Source of the DNA: Bacteroidales bacterium
GTDB lineage: Bacteria > Bacteroidota > Bacteroidia > Bacteroidales > WCHB1-69
DNA: 64,000 bases
Direction of reading: 5' to 3'
NCBI GenBank assembly: GCA_017615595.1
Contig: JAFZZT010000002.1
Location: 9,199-73,198, forward strand
This document shows positions 53,705 through 62,637 of the stretch, one piece after another. A program made the translations under genes and the position numbers. The notes below the pieces were generated by a model. The model saw only the letters and a list, made by a program, of their open reading frames with translations, was not told the origin of the DNA and did no database searches. How positions within the stretch are numbered: position 1 is the stretch's first letter; the number at the start of each line of letters is the position of its first letter.

Positions 53705-54562
53705 TCAATCAATATTGGACGGCCAGGGGTTGGACACGATGCCGGCCATCTCAAGCATCGTCTGGTGGGCCACATCCCGCATGCGGGCCGCCTCCTCCTT
53801 ACGGGATGCGTTGAGGTCTGGAATGATCGGATCCCCCACATGGATGGTGAGCAGCGGTTCCCCTTTGCGGAAGAGCTTGCGCCATCCGGTGCGCGGCCTG
53901 AAGGTGATGATCATGGGAATGACAGGAAGTGAATACCTGTAGGCCATGTTAAAAGCACCCACTTTGAAAGGGCGGAGCGGCGCATAGTAGTACCAACTGC
54001 AGCTTTCGGGGAATATATGTATCCACTGCTTGCGGGCATGCAGCTCGTCAAATGCCTCGTTGAATTTCCGAAGTCCGCTGAATTTTTCCGGTATGGCGAT
54101 GCCTCCAATGGTCTTCATCAGGAATCCGTCCTTGCCATTGAAAGCCTGGGCATACATCGGGATCCAGGACTTGCGATAGCGCATCGCCTGCAGCACGCAG
54201 ATCATATCCCATCGGTGAACGTGGTTGCAGACGGTCATCGCGCCGTTGGCAAAGAGCTTGCGATTCTTCCGTATCTTCTCACGGCCCTCGATTGTAAGAC
54301 CATAACGGATCCTGTTCAGGGGAAAGGCCAAGAACCAGGTGACACAATAGATGATAAAATGCCAAATCTTGAATTTGAGGGATTTGTCGAGATAAGGATA
54401 GGTCTCGTCAAATTGGATGTTCTTGGTTTTTTCACGGATGGGGGTCATTCTCGTGAAGGGATTGTCGCCAGGGAATTCCGCCGAGGGTTCAGGGACATAC
54501 ACGTCTTCCCTGACCTTAAAATCACGATACGCCGGACCAAATGATGAGTAATCCTTTACCAT
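53705..54562 (-). CDS. Lysophospholipid acyltransferase family protein (GlsA/PlsC-like O-acyltransferase)
   Basis: H(X)4D motif in MTVCNHVHRWDMICVL, an N-terminal TM region, and PIIPM...TI. Length is 285 aa. Confidence 0.7.
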   Translation of the reverse strand: MVKDYSSFGPAYRDFKVREDVYVPEPSAEFPGDNPFTRMTPIREKTKNIQFDETYPYLDKSLKFKIWHFIIYCVTWFLAFPLNRIRYGLTIEGREKIRKNRKLFANGAMTVCNHVHRWDMICVLQAMRYRKSWIPMYAQAFNGKDGFLMKTIGGIAIPEKFSGLRKFNEAFDELHARKQWIHIFPESCSWYYYAPLRPFKVGAFNMAYRYSLPVIPMIITFRPRTGWRKLFRKGEPLLTIHVGDPIIPDLNASRKEEAARMRDVAHQTMLEMAGIVSNPWPSNID

Positions 54563-54600
54563 ATTATCAAGAAAACCTGTTTACCACTGCCAAGAAGGTG

Positions 54601-54608
54601 CAAAAATA
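54601..54608 (-). promoter_or_regulatory. Bacteroidetes -7 box (TATTTTTG on minus strand) for the acyltransferase pair
   Basis: CAAAAATA on the + strand, 39 nt upstream of the ATG at 54562. Confidence 0.5.
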
Positions 54609-54696
54609 ATAAAAAAGTGTATATGCCGCATGATTTTTTTCAGAATCATGACGATGAAGAGACGTGCCATGGCGCGTCTCTACGGGGTGGCGCATC

Positions 54697-55635
54697 TTAC
54701 GCCATCAAGAACCTCGATGCCTCGATGCCGGCGATGGCGCCGGTGCCGGCGGCCACGATGCCTTGGCGGTAGTGGGGGTCTTGGACGTCGCCAGCGGCGA
54801 ACACGCCGGGCACATTGGTGCGGCAGGTGCCGGGTTGGGTGATGATATAGCCCTGGGCATCCATCTCGAGCTGGCCTTTGAAGAGGTCGCTCTGGGGTGT
54901 CACGCCGATGGCCTCAAAGACTCCGTTGACCTCGATGGTCTGCTCCTCGCCCGTCACCACATGGCGGATCTGAAGGCCGGTCACCTTCTTGATAAAGCCC
55001 TCCTGCGTGCCCACGATATCCACGGGCACATGGTTCCAGAGGACCTTGATATTCGGGGTGGCCAGGACAGCCTTCTGCAAGGCGGCGGTGCCCCGGAACT
55101 GGTCGCGGCGGTGTACGATATAGACCTTGGCGCAGAGTTGCGACAGATAGAGGGCATCCTCGAGGGCAGTGTCGCCGCCACCGATGACGACGGTGGTGCG
55201 TTTGCGGAAGAAGTTGCCGTCGCAGGTGGCGCAAGTGGAGACGCCGAAGCCGCGGAACTTCTGCTCGCTGGGCAGTCCCAGCCAGCGGGCCTGTGCGCCG
55301 GTGGCCACGATGACGGTGTCGGCCACGATCTCATCCTTGTCATCCACCCAACAGTGGAACGGACGGCTGGAGAAATCGACCTTGGTGACGATGCCGGTGC
55401 GCATCTCGACTCCCACATGGAGGGCTTGGTTGCGGATATCCTCCATGATGACGGGACCGGAGGCGCCCTGCGGGTAGCCGGGGAAATTCTCCACCTCGTT
55501 GGTGATGGTCAGCTGGCCACCCACCTGAAGACCTTCTATGAGGATCGGTTTGAGGTCGGCGCGGGCAGCGTATATTCCGGCTGTATATCCGGCCGGTCCG
55601 GAGCCTATTATCAGGCACTTAACAGATTCTGCCAT
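54697..55635 (-). CDS. trxB: Thioredoxin-disulfide reductase
   Basis: CLIIGSGPAGYTAGIYAAR (FAD), the redox-active CATCDG, and GGGDTALEDALYL (NADPH). ATG at 55635 is preferred over the TTG at 55644. Confidence 0.92.
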   Translation of the reverse strand: MAESVKCLIIGSGPAGYTAGIYAARADLKPILIEGLQVGGQLTITNEVENFPGYPQGASGPVIMEDIRNQALHVGVEMRTGIVTKVDFSSRPFHCWVDDKDEIVADTVIVATGAQARWLGLPSEQKFRGFGVSTCATCDGNFFRKRTTVVIGGGDTALEDALYLSQLCAKVYIVHRRDQFRGTAALQKAVLATPNIKVLWNHVPVDIVGTQEGFIKKVTGLQIRHVVTGEEQTIEVNGVFEAIGVTPQSDLFKGQLEMDAQGYIITQPGTCRTNVPGVFAAGDVQDPHYRQGIVAAGTGAIAGIEASRFLMA

Positions 55636-55654
55636 AACATTCAAATTTAGGCTG

Positions 55655-55662
55655 CAAAGGTA
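55655..55662 (-). promoter_or_regulatory. Bacteroidetes -7 box (TACCTTTG on minus strand) for trxB
   Basis: CAAAGGTA on the + strand, 20 nt upstream of the ATG at 55635. Confidence 0.45.
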
Positions 55663-55709
55663 CTATTTATTTTTTTAAATCAAAAAGAGCGGCGTATTGA
55701 TATTTTTTA

Positions 55710-55717
55710 TATTTTTG
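55710..55717 (+). promoter_or_regulatory. Bacteroidetes -7 box TATTTTTG for tRNA-Ala
   Basis: 16 nt upstream of the tRNA 5' end. Confidence 0.5.
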
Positions 55718-55732
55718 CCGCCGATTTCAAAC

Positions 55733-55806
55733 GGGGCGTTAGCTCAGTTGGCTAGAGCGTTTGACTGGCAGTCAAGAGGTCGTGAGTTCGATTCTCATAC
55801 GCTCCA
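55733..55806 (+). tRNA. tRNA-Ala (anticodon GGC)
   Basis: Hand-folded cloverleaf: acceptor GGGGCGT/ACGCTCC with the G3:U70 Ala identity pair, D arm GCTC-AGTTGGCTA-GAGC, anticodon arm TTTGA-CTGGCAG-TCAAG, and T arm GTGAG-TTCGATT-CTCAT. It is 74 nt and CCA is not encoded. Confidence 0.92.
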
Positions 55807-55813
55807 CAAGAAG

Positions 55814-55843
55814 AAGAGGTTGCAAAAGCGACCTCTTTTTTTA
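55814..55843 (+). terminator. Rho-independent terminator after tRNA-Ala
   Basis: aagaggt-tgcaaaagcg-acctctt stem-loop followed by a T-run. Confidence 0.7.
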
Positions 55844-55867
55844 TTTTGTTTTTATTTCACAATTTCC

Positions 55868-55875
55868 TACTTTTG
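55868..55875 (+). promoter_or_regulatory. Bacteroidetes -7 box TACTTTTG for the VOC/Fe-S operon
   Basis: 21 nt upstream of the ATG at 55896. Confidence 0.5.
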
Positions 55876-55895
55876 CAGGTTCAAAATATATTACA

Positions 55896-56966
55896 ATGAG
55901 AAATTATTACTTTGCTGGAATACAACAAGTAGGCATTGGAACTGAAAACATGCTCGACTCTTGGAAATGGTACGCCGACATGTTCCAAATGGACATCCGG
56001 ATCCTCGAAGACGACACCGTAGCGGAGTTCATGCTCCCCTACACTGGCAACAAGCCCCAAAAGCGCCATGCCTGCATCGCCGCGAACCTCCAAGGCGGCG
56101 GCGGATTCGAAATCTGGCAATACTCCGAACGCAAACCCCAGAAGGTCGATTTCCCCATCCAGATCGGAGACCTGGGAATCTTCTTCGCCAAAATCAAGAC
56201 CCACAACATAGAAGCCTACCATGAGGAGCTGGTCGCAAAATATGACGACATCACCCCCGTCTATACCGACCCGCGCGGACTCCCGACCTTCTATATCCAC
56301 GACCCCTTCGGCAACACCTTCCAAGTGGTGGAAGACAACTACATCTTCATCGATGAAAACCGCTACTCCGGCGGCATTGTCGGAGCCACCATCGGCGTGA
56401 CCGACATCGACCGCTCCCTGGAAGTGTATCAGGGCATCCTAGGCTTTGACACTATCCTGTACGACAAAAACGGGGTCTTCTCCGACTGGCAGACGCTCAA
56501 AGGCGGCACACAAGCCTACCGGCGCGTCCTGCTGGGCCGCTCCGCCCCACTCTCCGGACCCTTCTCTCAACTCTACGGAACCAGCACCATCGAGCTCGTC
56601 CAAGCCCTGGAGCGCACCCCCAAGAAGATCTTCGAAAACAGATTCTGGGGAGATCCCGGCTACATCCAACTCTGCATGGACGTCATCAACATGAGCGCTC
56701 TCGAAGAGTACTGCGAAAGCAAAGGATACCGCTTCACCGTAGATAGCTGCAAGCAGAATCCCAACTTCGACATGGGCAAGGCTTCCGGTCATTTCACCTA
56801 CATCGAAGACCCTGACGGCACCTTGATAGAGTTTGTGGAGACCCACCGCATCCCGATCATCGACAAGCTCAATATCGGCATCAACCTGATGAAGAAAGAC
56901 CGCACCAAACCAATACCCAAGTTCTTCTTCTTCCTAATGAAACTCAACAGAGTAAAATTCAAATAG
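55896..56966 (+). CDS. VOC (glyoxalase/bleomycin-resistance/dioxygenase) superfamily protein, two-module
   Basis: Start at the ATG at 55896, because the track ORF start at 55761 overlaps the tRNA. Repeated beta-alpha-beta-beta-beta modules (GIGTENMLDSWKWYADMF...; GATIGVTDIDRSLEVYQGILGF...). Confidence 0.6.
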   Translation: MRNYYFAGIQQVGIGTENMLDSWKWYADMFQMDIRILEDDTVAEFMLPYTGNKPQKRHACIAANLQGGGGFEIWQYSERKPQKVDFPIQIGDLGIFFAKIKTHNIEAYHEELVAKYDDITPVYTDPRGLPTFYIHDPFGNTFQVVEDNYIFIDENRYSGGIVGATIGVTDIDRSLEVYQGILGFDTILYDKNGVFSDWQTLKGGTQAYRRVLLGRSAPLSGPFSQLYGTSTIELVQALERTPKKIFENRFWGDPGYIQLCMDVINMSALEEYCESKGYRFTVDSCKQNPNFDMGKASGHFTYIEDPDGTLIEFVETHRIPIIDKLNIGINLMKKDRTKPIPKFFFFLMKLNRVKFK

Positions 56967-56968
56967 TC

Positions 56969-57580
56969 ATGAGCAACCTGATAGAAGACATCCAGAAAGA
57001 TGTTCGCTTTTCAGAGTCGCTGAAGGCGTGCATGAACTGCGGCATGTGTACGGCAATATGTCCCGCAGCGGAGTTCTACGAGTACGACCCCAGACGGATT
57101 TGCGACATCGTGCAGCGGAAAGACGAGGCTGCCATCGAGCAGCTGCTTCGCTCCGACACCATCTGGTTCTGCGGACAGTGCATGTCGTGCAAACCTCGCT
57201 GCCCGCGCGGCAACGCCCCCGGCGAGATCATCTCCGTCCTGCGCAACGAATCCCAGAAGTTCGGCTATTTCATGGACAGCGAGATGGGCCGCCAACAGGT
57301 GTTCCTGATGAAGACCATCGAAGCCAATATCCTGGAAATCGGCTACTGCGTGCACCCCGACAAGGTGAACCCAGACTATCATCCCGAACAGGGACCCATT
57401 TGGGAATGGTTTTACAAGAACATCCAAGACGTGGCTCCCCGACTTGGCGCCAACTACCACGGCGACGGGCCCGGCGCACTGCGCAATATCCCACATGAGG
57501 ACATGGAAGAGGTACGCAAGATTTTTGAAGTCACCGGCGGCATGGACCTCAAAAAGAAAGTGTTAGAAAAAGATCAATAG
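56969..57580 (+). CDS. 4Fe-4S dicluster protein, heterodisulfide reductase subunit C-like
   Basis: CMNCGMCTAICPAAEF and CGQCMSCKPRCPRGN cluster motifs. Confidence 0.6.
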   Translation: MSNLIEDIQKDVRFSESLKACMNCGMCTAICPAAEFYEYDPRRICDIVQRKDEAAIEQLLRSDTIWFCGQCMSCKPRCPRGNAPGEIISVLRNESQKFGYFMDSEMGRQQVFLMKTIEANILEIGYCVHPDKVNPDYHPEQGPIWEWFYKNIQDVAPRLGANYHGDGPGALRNIPHEDMEEVRKIFEVTGGMDLKKKVLEKDQ

Positions 57581-57586
57581 CAGACT

Positions 57587-57943
57587 ATGGCAGATTTCGG
57601 TTTCAGCATAAAAAAAACTCGCTCCATTCAACTCTCGGAATCCTCTTTGCTCAAATTCCGCCAAACGGTTGAGGCTGTCCCTTCCTACAAAAACTGCATC
57701 GGATGCGGCGCATGCACAGCCACCTGCTCGGCGCGACAATATACTGATTTCAATATCCGAAAAGTGCACTTCTCCATCCGGAGAGGACTCTATGACGATG
57801 CCGCCCAGGAGCTGCAGAAATGCATGCTTTGCGGCAAATGCACCCTCGTATGCCCTCGCGGGGTAAATCTCCGATCACTCATCATCAACATCCGTCAAAT
57901 AATCTCCAACGCTAACGAACCTTTTGAAGATGGAAAATTTTAG
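57587..57943 (+). CDS. 4Fe-4S ferredoxin-type protein
   Basis: CIGCGACTATCSARQY and CMLCGKCTLVCPRGVN. Confidence 0.6.
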   Translation: MADFGFSIKKTRSIQLSESSLLKFRQTVEAVPSYKNCIGCGACTATCSARQYTDFNIRKVHFSIRRGLYDDAAQELQKCMLCGKCTLVCPRGVNLRSLIINIRQIISNANEPFEDGKF

Positions 57944-59711
57944 CCCGTTTGTTTTGCCTTTTGTCCTTGGTGCGTATGCCCTGCTAGGCATCTGCATCTA
58001 CAAATATGTCCGTTGGATTCTCCAATTCGACAAGGTTCAACAGAAGACCATATTCAAGAACATCTTCAGCGTACGATTCATCCCGGCCATCTGGGAGATG
58101 TTCACCGAATGTCTCCTGCACCTGCGCATCACCAAGAAGAACTGGCGATTAGGCTATATGCACCGCAGCATTGCCTTCGGCTGGTTCCTCCTCATCCTTT
58201 TCGGCGCCATCGAGAGCCGCATCGGCACCAAAGACCATTTCCACTTCTGGGTGGCCATCTTCTACCGCTACTTCCACCACACCCCGCCCGCCAATGGCAC
58301 AGAGGTGTTCTTCACCAACTTGATGGACCTGCTGTTGCTCTACGTCCTGTCGGGTGTCTGCCTCGCCTTCTTCAAAAAAATCCACTCCCGCATCGTGGGC
58401 ATGCAGCGCGCCACCAAGCACTCCCTGATGGACAAGACCATCCGCTACTCCCTGTGGTTCATCTTTCCGCTGCGCCTCCTCAGCGAGTCTGTGACAGCCT
58501 GCATCTACGGCAACGGCGGCTTCCTGACACAAAGCATCGGCAACCTCTTCAGCCTGCCGGTTGCACAATTCCTGGAGCTGCCCCTTTGGTCCCTTTATTC
58601 CATCGACCTCTGCCTCTTCTTCGTCTTGCTGCCCTTCACCCGCTACATGCACATCTTCACGGAGATCTTCCTCATCTATTTCCGCAGGATGGGCGTTCAA
58701 GAGCATACGCGCATGACCGGATTCACCAAGTTCGAGCTGAGTTCCTGCTCCCGCTGCGGCATGTGCATCGACCATTGTCCGCTATATAAAGACCTCGACA
58801 TTCCCGAGGTGCAATCCGTCTATCTGCTGCGCAACCTCCGCAACCTGGAATATCACAAAGACATTGTCACGGCAGCCAAGAACTGCCTCATGTGCAACCG
58901 TTGCGTGGAAGACTGTCCGGTCAACATCGACCTGATGAACATCCGCCGCATCGCGCGTGACAAAGGCAAAATCGACACTCCCGACAGCTATGCCTACCTG
59001 AAGAAGATCAAGAGCTTCAACGCCATCGGGCGTGTGGCCTACTTCGGCGGATGCATGTCGCACCTCACCCCCGGCATCACCCAAGCCATGGAGACGATCT
59101 TCAAGGCGGCCGGACAAGACTACTGGTACATGGACGAGCAAGGCACCATCTGCTGCGGCCGTCCTCTCCATCAACAAGGCTTCAGCAGCCAAGCCTCGGA
59201 GCTCCGGCGCAAAAACACCGAACTCATCCGCCAATCCGGCGCAAAAGCCTTAATCACCTCTTGTCCAATTTGTTATAAATCATTCAAAGACGAATATCAG
59301 CTATCTATCCCCGTTTATCATCATACGGAATATCTAAAACTCCTCATCGAAAGCGGCAAACTGAAAGTGCACAAGAGCGACTTGAAGGTCACCTATCATG
59401 ATCCCTGCGAGCTGGGCCGTGGCCGACACATCTACAAGGAACCTCGCCAAGTGCTGGAGGCTGTGGCCTGTCTGCTGAAGATTTCCGATGAGAAAGAGAA
59501 CAGCCTCTGTTGCGGCATGAACTTGGGCAACACCGTGCTGACGCTGGAGCAACAGACCACCATCCGGAACAACACCTTGGCTTGTCTTAGCGAACCGAAT
59601 CCTGATGTCATAGCCACCGCCTGTCCTATGTGCAAAAAGGCTTTTGTACACGGCACGGATGCCAACGTAAAGGATATTGCTGAAATTGTCGCCGATAATC
59701 TTGAAAAATAA
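57930..59711 (+). CDS. Membrane-anchored (Fe-S)-binding protein with two CCG domains (HdrD/DsrK/GlpC-like fused to a polytopic membrane domain)
   Basis: About 5-6 N-terminal TM helices, CSRCGMCIDHCPLY and CLMCNRCVEDCPVN, then two Cys-rich CCG-type regions (...TICCGRP..., ...SLCCGMNLG...CPMC). Confidence 0.6.
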   Translation: MENFSPFVLPFVLGAYALLGICIYKYVRWILQFDKVQQKTIFKNIFSVRFIPAIWEMFTECLLHLRITKKNWRLGYMHRSIAFGWFLLILFGAIESRIGTKDHFHFWVAIFYRYFHHTPPANGTEVFFTNLMDLLLLYVLSGVCLAFFKKIHSRIVGMQRATKHSLMDKTIRYSLWFIFPLRLLSESVTACIYGNGGFLTQSIGNLFSLPVAQFLELPLWSLYSIDLCLFFVLLPFTRYMHIFTEIFLIYFRRMGVQEHTRMTGFTKFELSSCSRCGMCIDHCPLYKDLDIPEVQSVYLLRNLRNLEYHKDIVTAAKNCLMCNRCVEDCPVNIDLMNIRRIARDKGKIDTPDSYAYLKKIKSFNAIGRVAYFGGCMSHLTPGITQAMETIFKAAGQDYWYMDEQGTICCGRPLHQQGFSSQASELRRKNTELIRQSGAKALITSCPICYKSFKDEYQLSIPVYHHTEYLKLLIESGKLKVHKSDLKVTYHDPCELGRGRHIYKEPRQVLEAVACLLKISDEKENSLCCGMNLGNTVLTLEQQTTIRNNTLACLSEPNPDVIATACPMCKKAFVHGTDANVKDIAEIVADNLEK

Positions 59712-59753
59712 TCTTCAATACATAATTTTAACAACAAACAAAACACAAAGACA

Positions 59754-61211
59754 ATGAATCAAGAATTATTAAAACTCTACCCGCACGATTTGTGGGAGAA
59801 CTTTGCAAACTTCTGCGACAACCCGCATCCTTCCAAACACGAGACAGCTGTCGTCAACTGGATGAAAAGCTGGGCCAAAGAGCACAATGTGAAGGTCGAA
59901 CAAGACAAGACCGGCAACCTGCTCTTCACGGTACCCGCCACCAAGGGTATGGAGAAGCTCACGCCCGTCATCCTGCAAGGCCACTGTGACATGGTGCCCC
60001 AGGCTGACGATCCCAAGTTCGACTTCCTGAAGAGCCCCATCGAGCCCATCATCGACAATGGTTGGGTGCGTGCCAACCACACCACGCTGGGTGCCGACAA
60101 CGGTATCGGCGTGTGTGCAGCATTGGCCTGCGTCACCACCAAGGGTGTGGAACACGGTCCATTAGAGATTCTCGCCACCATTGACGAAGAGACCGGCATG
60201 ACGGGCGCCTTCGGTCTGAAGAAGGGCTTTGTCAAGGGCAAGATCCTCATCAACCTCGACTCCGAGACGGAGGGTGAACTGTATGTGGGTTGTGCCGGCG
60301 GTTTGGACGCTAACTTCGAGCGCAGTTACACCACGATGCCCACGCCAGACGACATGAAGGGCTTCCAGGTCTGCGTCAGCGGTCTGCATGGCGGCCACTC
60401 CGGCATGGACATCAACCTGGGCCGTGCCAATGCCAACAAGCTGTTGGTACGTTGCATCTCCCATGCTGTGAAGGAGTTTGGCGCCTGTGTAGCCACCCTC
60501 AACGGCGGCAGTCTGCGCAACGCCATCCCGCGCGAGGCCATGGCCATCCTCGCCGTGCCCGCCAAGAAAGCCACCGCGTTCAAGAACTACATCAAGAAGT
60601 ATGATGCCACCGTGAAGGCCGAATTTTCCGCCACCGAGGAGAACCTCGCCGTCAGCGTCAAGGCAGTGGACACCCCGAAGAAGGTCATCCGCACGAAGGC
60701 TCAGAACCAGTTCCTCAACATGATCTTCGCCATCCCCAACGGTGTGGTCCGCATGAGCGACTCCATGAAGGATCTGGTGGAGACCTCCAACAACCTCGCC
60801 AACATCAAGGCCGAGAATGGCAAGATGAGCGCCTGCTGTCTGCTGCGCAGCTCCGTAGATAGCGCCAAGGACGCCCTCGGTGCCAAGATGACCGCCATCG
60901 CCGAGCTCGCCGAGTGCAACATCGAGCTCACCGGCGCCTATCCCGGCTGGAAGCCCAACATGGATTCTCCGATTATGAACACCTGCATGAAGGTCTATAA
61001 GAAAAAATTCGGCAACGAGCCGAAGGTCATGGCCATCCACGCCGGCCTCGAGTGCGGTCTGTTCGGCGCCTGCTATCCCGACTGGGACATGGTATCCTTC
61101 GGACCGACCATCGAGCACCCGCACTCTCCCGTGGAGCGCGTCAACATCGAATCCGTTGGCAAATTCTTCGATTTCTTGGTAGCCGTACTCAAGAACGTGC
61201 CCGCCAAGTAG
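59754..61211 (+). CDS. pepD: Aminoacyl-histidine dipeptidase (M20C, PepD)
   Basis: NPHPSKHETAVVNWMKSWAKEHN...LQGHCDMVPQ...GADNGIGV...DEETGMTGA are the PepD signatures. Length is 485 aa. Confidence 0.88.
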   Translation: MNQELLKLYPHDLWENFANFCDNPHPSKHETAVVNWMKSWAKEHNVKVEQDKTGNLLFTVPATKGMEKLTPVILQGHCDMVPQADDPKFDFLKSPIEPIIDNGWVRANHTTLGADNGIGVCAALACVTTKGVEHGPLEILATIDEETGMTGAFGLKKGFVKGKILINLDSETEGELYVGCAGGLDANFERSYTTMPTPDDMKGFQVCVSGLHGGHSGMDINLGRANANKLLVRCISHAVKEFGACVATLNGGSLRNAIPREAMAILAVPAKKATAFKNYIKKYDATVKAEFSATEENLAVSVKAVDTPKKVIRTKAQNQFLNMIFAIPNGVVRMSDSMKDLVETSNNLANIKAENGKMSACCLLRSSVDSAKDALGAKMTAIAELAECNIELTGAYPGWKPNMDSPIMNTCMKVYKKKFGNEPKVMAIHAGLECGLFGACYPDWDMVSFGPTIEHPHSPVERVNIESVGKFFDFLVAVLKNVPAK

Positions 61212-61223
61212 TCTTTTATATCA

Positions 61224-61264
61224 GGAAGAGGGTGAGCCATGCCTGGGGCACCCTCTTCCTTTTG
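61224..61264 (+). terminator. Rho-independent terminator after pepD
   Basis: ggaagagggtg / caccctcttcc 11-bp stem with a 14-nt loop, followed by TTTT. Confidence 0.7.
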
Positions 61265-61347
61265 CCTAAGGCTATCCATCTGAAGCTTTAGCAAGCCTCT
61301 TTCACAACTTCTTAGTTTCTTAACTTCTTAGTTTCTTAACCCCTCCC

Positions 61348-62304
61348 ATGTCCACAACGCACCACATCAACACATTAGAGCCAGAATGGCAGATTTTACT
61401 CAACATCAACGCCAATGAGAACACGCTTTTAGAGAAGTGGGTCGGCATTGCGCAACAGCTAAAGGCGGCTGGATTCCGCTATCAGACGCATCACATCACG
61501 GCCATTGGCGAGGGAACGGCCACGGCCGCCCGCCTCTGTCGGGAAGGCGCCCGCTATCTTATCGCTGCCGGCGGTGACGGCACCATCAACGAGGTCGTCA
61601 ACGGCATCTTCACCTCCGGGGTGGAGACGCGAGATGTCTATCTCGCCATCTTGCCTATGGGACGTGGCAACGATATGGTACGCACCCATCTTTACCCAAA
61701 GAACACAAGCGAATGTGTTGAAATCCTAAAACAAAGTCGGTTTCTCAAACATGACATCGGCATGGTACGTGTCATGGAAGGGGACGAACTCGTTCGTGAG
61801 CGCTATTTCATCAACATAGCCGGCTTCGGCTTCGACGGAGAGGTCATACACAATGTGACCTACCGTCCCAAGAAGCTCCCTGGATTATCCATCTACATGT
61901 CCGGCCTTATCACCACGCTGCTGAAGCGCAAAGCGCCCACCGCACAGATCAAATCCGGCGACAAGCGTTTTGACGGCAAGATCTTTATGGCGCTTGCCTG
62001 CATCTGCCAATACAATGGAAGCGGCATGCGCGAAGCCAAGATGGCCGACCCGCAAGACGGGGTGATGGACATCATCATCATCCCCAACATCAGTGCTCCT
62101 CGTGTGGTTTGGCATCTCAAAGACCTCTCAAAGGGTGACCACGTGGAGAAGATCAAACTCGTACAGCACTGGCAGACCCGTGAGTTGACCATCACCTCCA
62201 ACGAGCAAGTCTTGGGAGAAGTAGAAGGCGAAGTCCTCCCCTACGGCAACTACCAAATCTCCCTGATCCCCAACGCATTGAATGTGTTGACGAACATAGA
62301 ATAG
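61348..62304 (+). CDS. Diacylglycerol/lipid kinase family protein (YegS/BmrU-like)
   Basis: YLIAAGGDGTINEVVNG and LPMGRGNDM are the DAGK catalytic-domain motifs. Confidence 0.8.
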   Translation: MSTTHHINTLEPEWQILLNINANENTLLEKWVGIAQQLKAAGFRYQTHHITAIGEGTATAARLCREGARYLIAAGGDGTINEVVNGIFTSGVETRDVYLAILPMGRGNDMVRTHLYPKNTSECVEILKQSRFLKHDIGMVRVMEGDELVRERYFINIAGFGFDGEVIHNVTYRPKKLPGLSIYMSGLITTLLKRKAPTAQIKSGDKRFDGKIFMALACICQYNGSGMREAKMADPQDGVMDIIIIPNISAPRVVWHLKDLSKGDHVEKIKLVQHWQTRELTITSNEQVLGEVEGEVLPYGNYQISLIPNALNVLTNIE

Positions 62305-62330
62305 CTCCCATTTCCACAAAAACAAATACA

Positions 62331-62522
62331 ATGATGAAAAAGGTTATCAGCACCATTTTATGTTTTCTGCTGTACTCAAGCATACTAGCCCAAGTAGACA
62401 ACAATGCCGTCACCCTGGTTTCCTTTGAACAAGATGCATTTGACTACGATGGGACACTTGCGCTGAAAAACAACACTCAAGAAGATATTCAAAACGTTAC
62501 TTTTCAAATCATCTATCTTTAG
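62331..62522 (+). CDS. Small secreted hypothetical protein (possibly a truncated gene)
   Basis: MMKKVISTILCFLLYSSILAQ signal peptide. Only 63 aa, AT-rich, and it ends abruptly. Confidence 0.3.
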   Translation: MMKKVISTILCFLLYSSILAQVDNNAVTLVSFEQDAFDYDGTLALKNNTQEDIQNVTFQIIYL

Positions 62523-62637
62523 AAAAAATGCTTCTATTGATAGTCATGGCATACTCACCTTCTTTCTATTAATATGTGTTGGTGGAATTTGGATTGGTTT
62601 ATATGGATTAGTGGCAATTTTTTATCCATTCCATTTC

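Noticed and set aside
53692-53841. N-terminal 50-codon extension of the N-acyltransferase ORF
   Set aside because: It overlaps the upstream acyltransferase gene and is Arg/Pro/Cys-rich. The ATG at 53691 gives a normal N-terminus 13 nt after the upstream stop.
55761-55895. ORF start at 55761 for the VOC protein
   Set aside because: The extension overlaps tRNA-Ala, its terminator and the TACTTTTG promoter box. The real start is the ATG at 55896.
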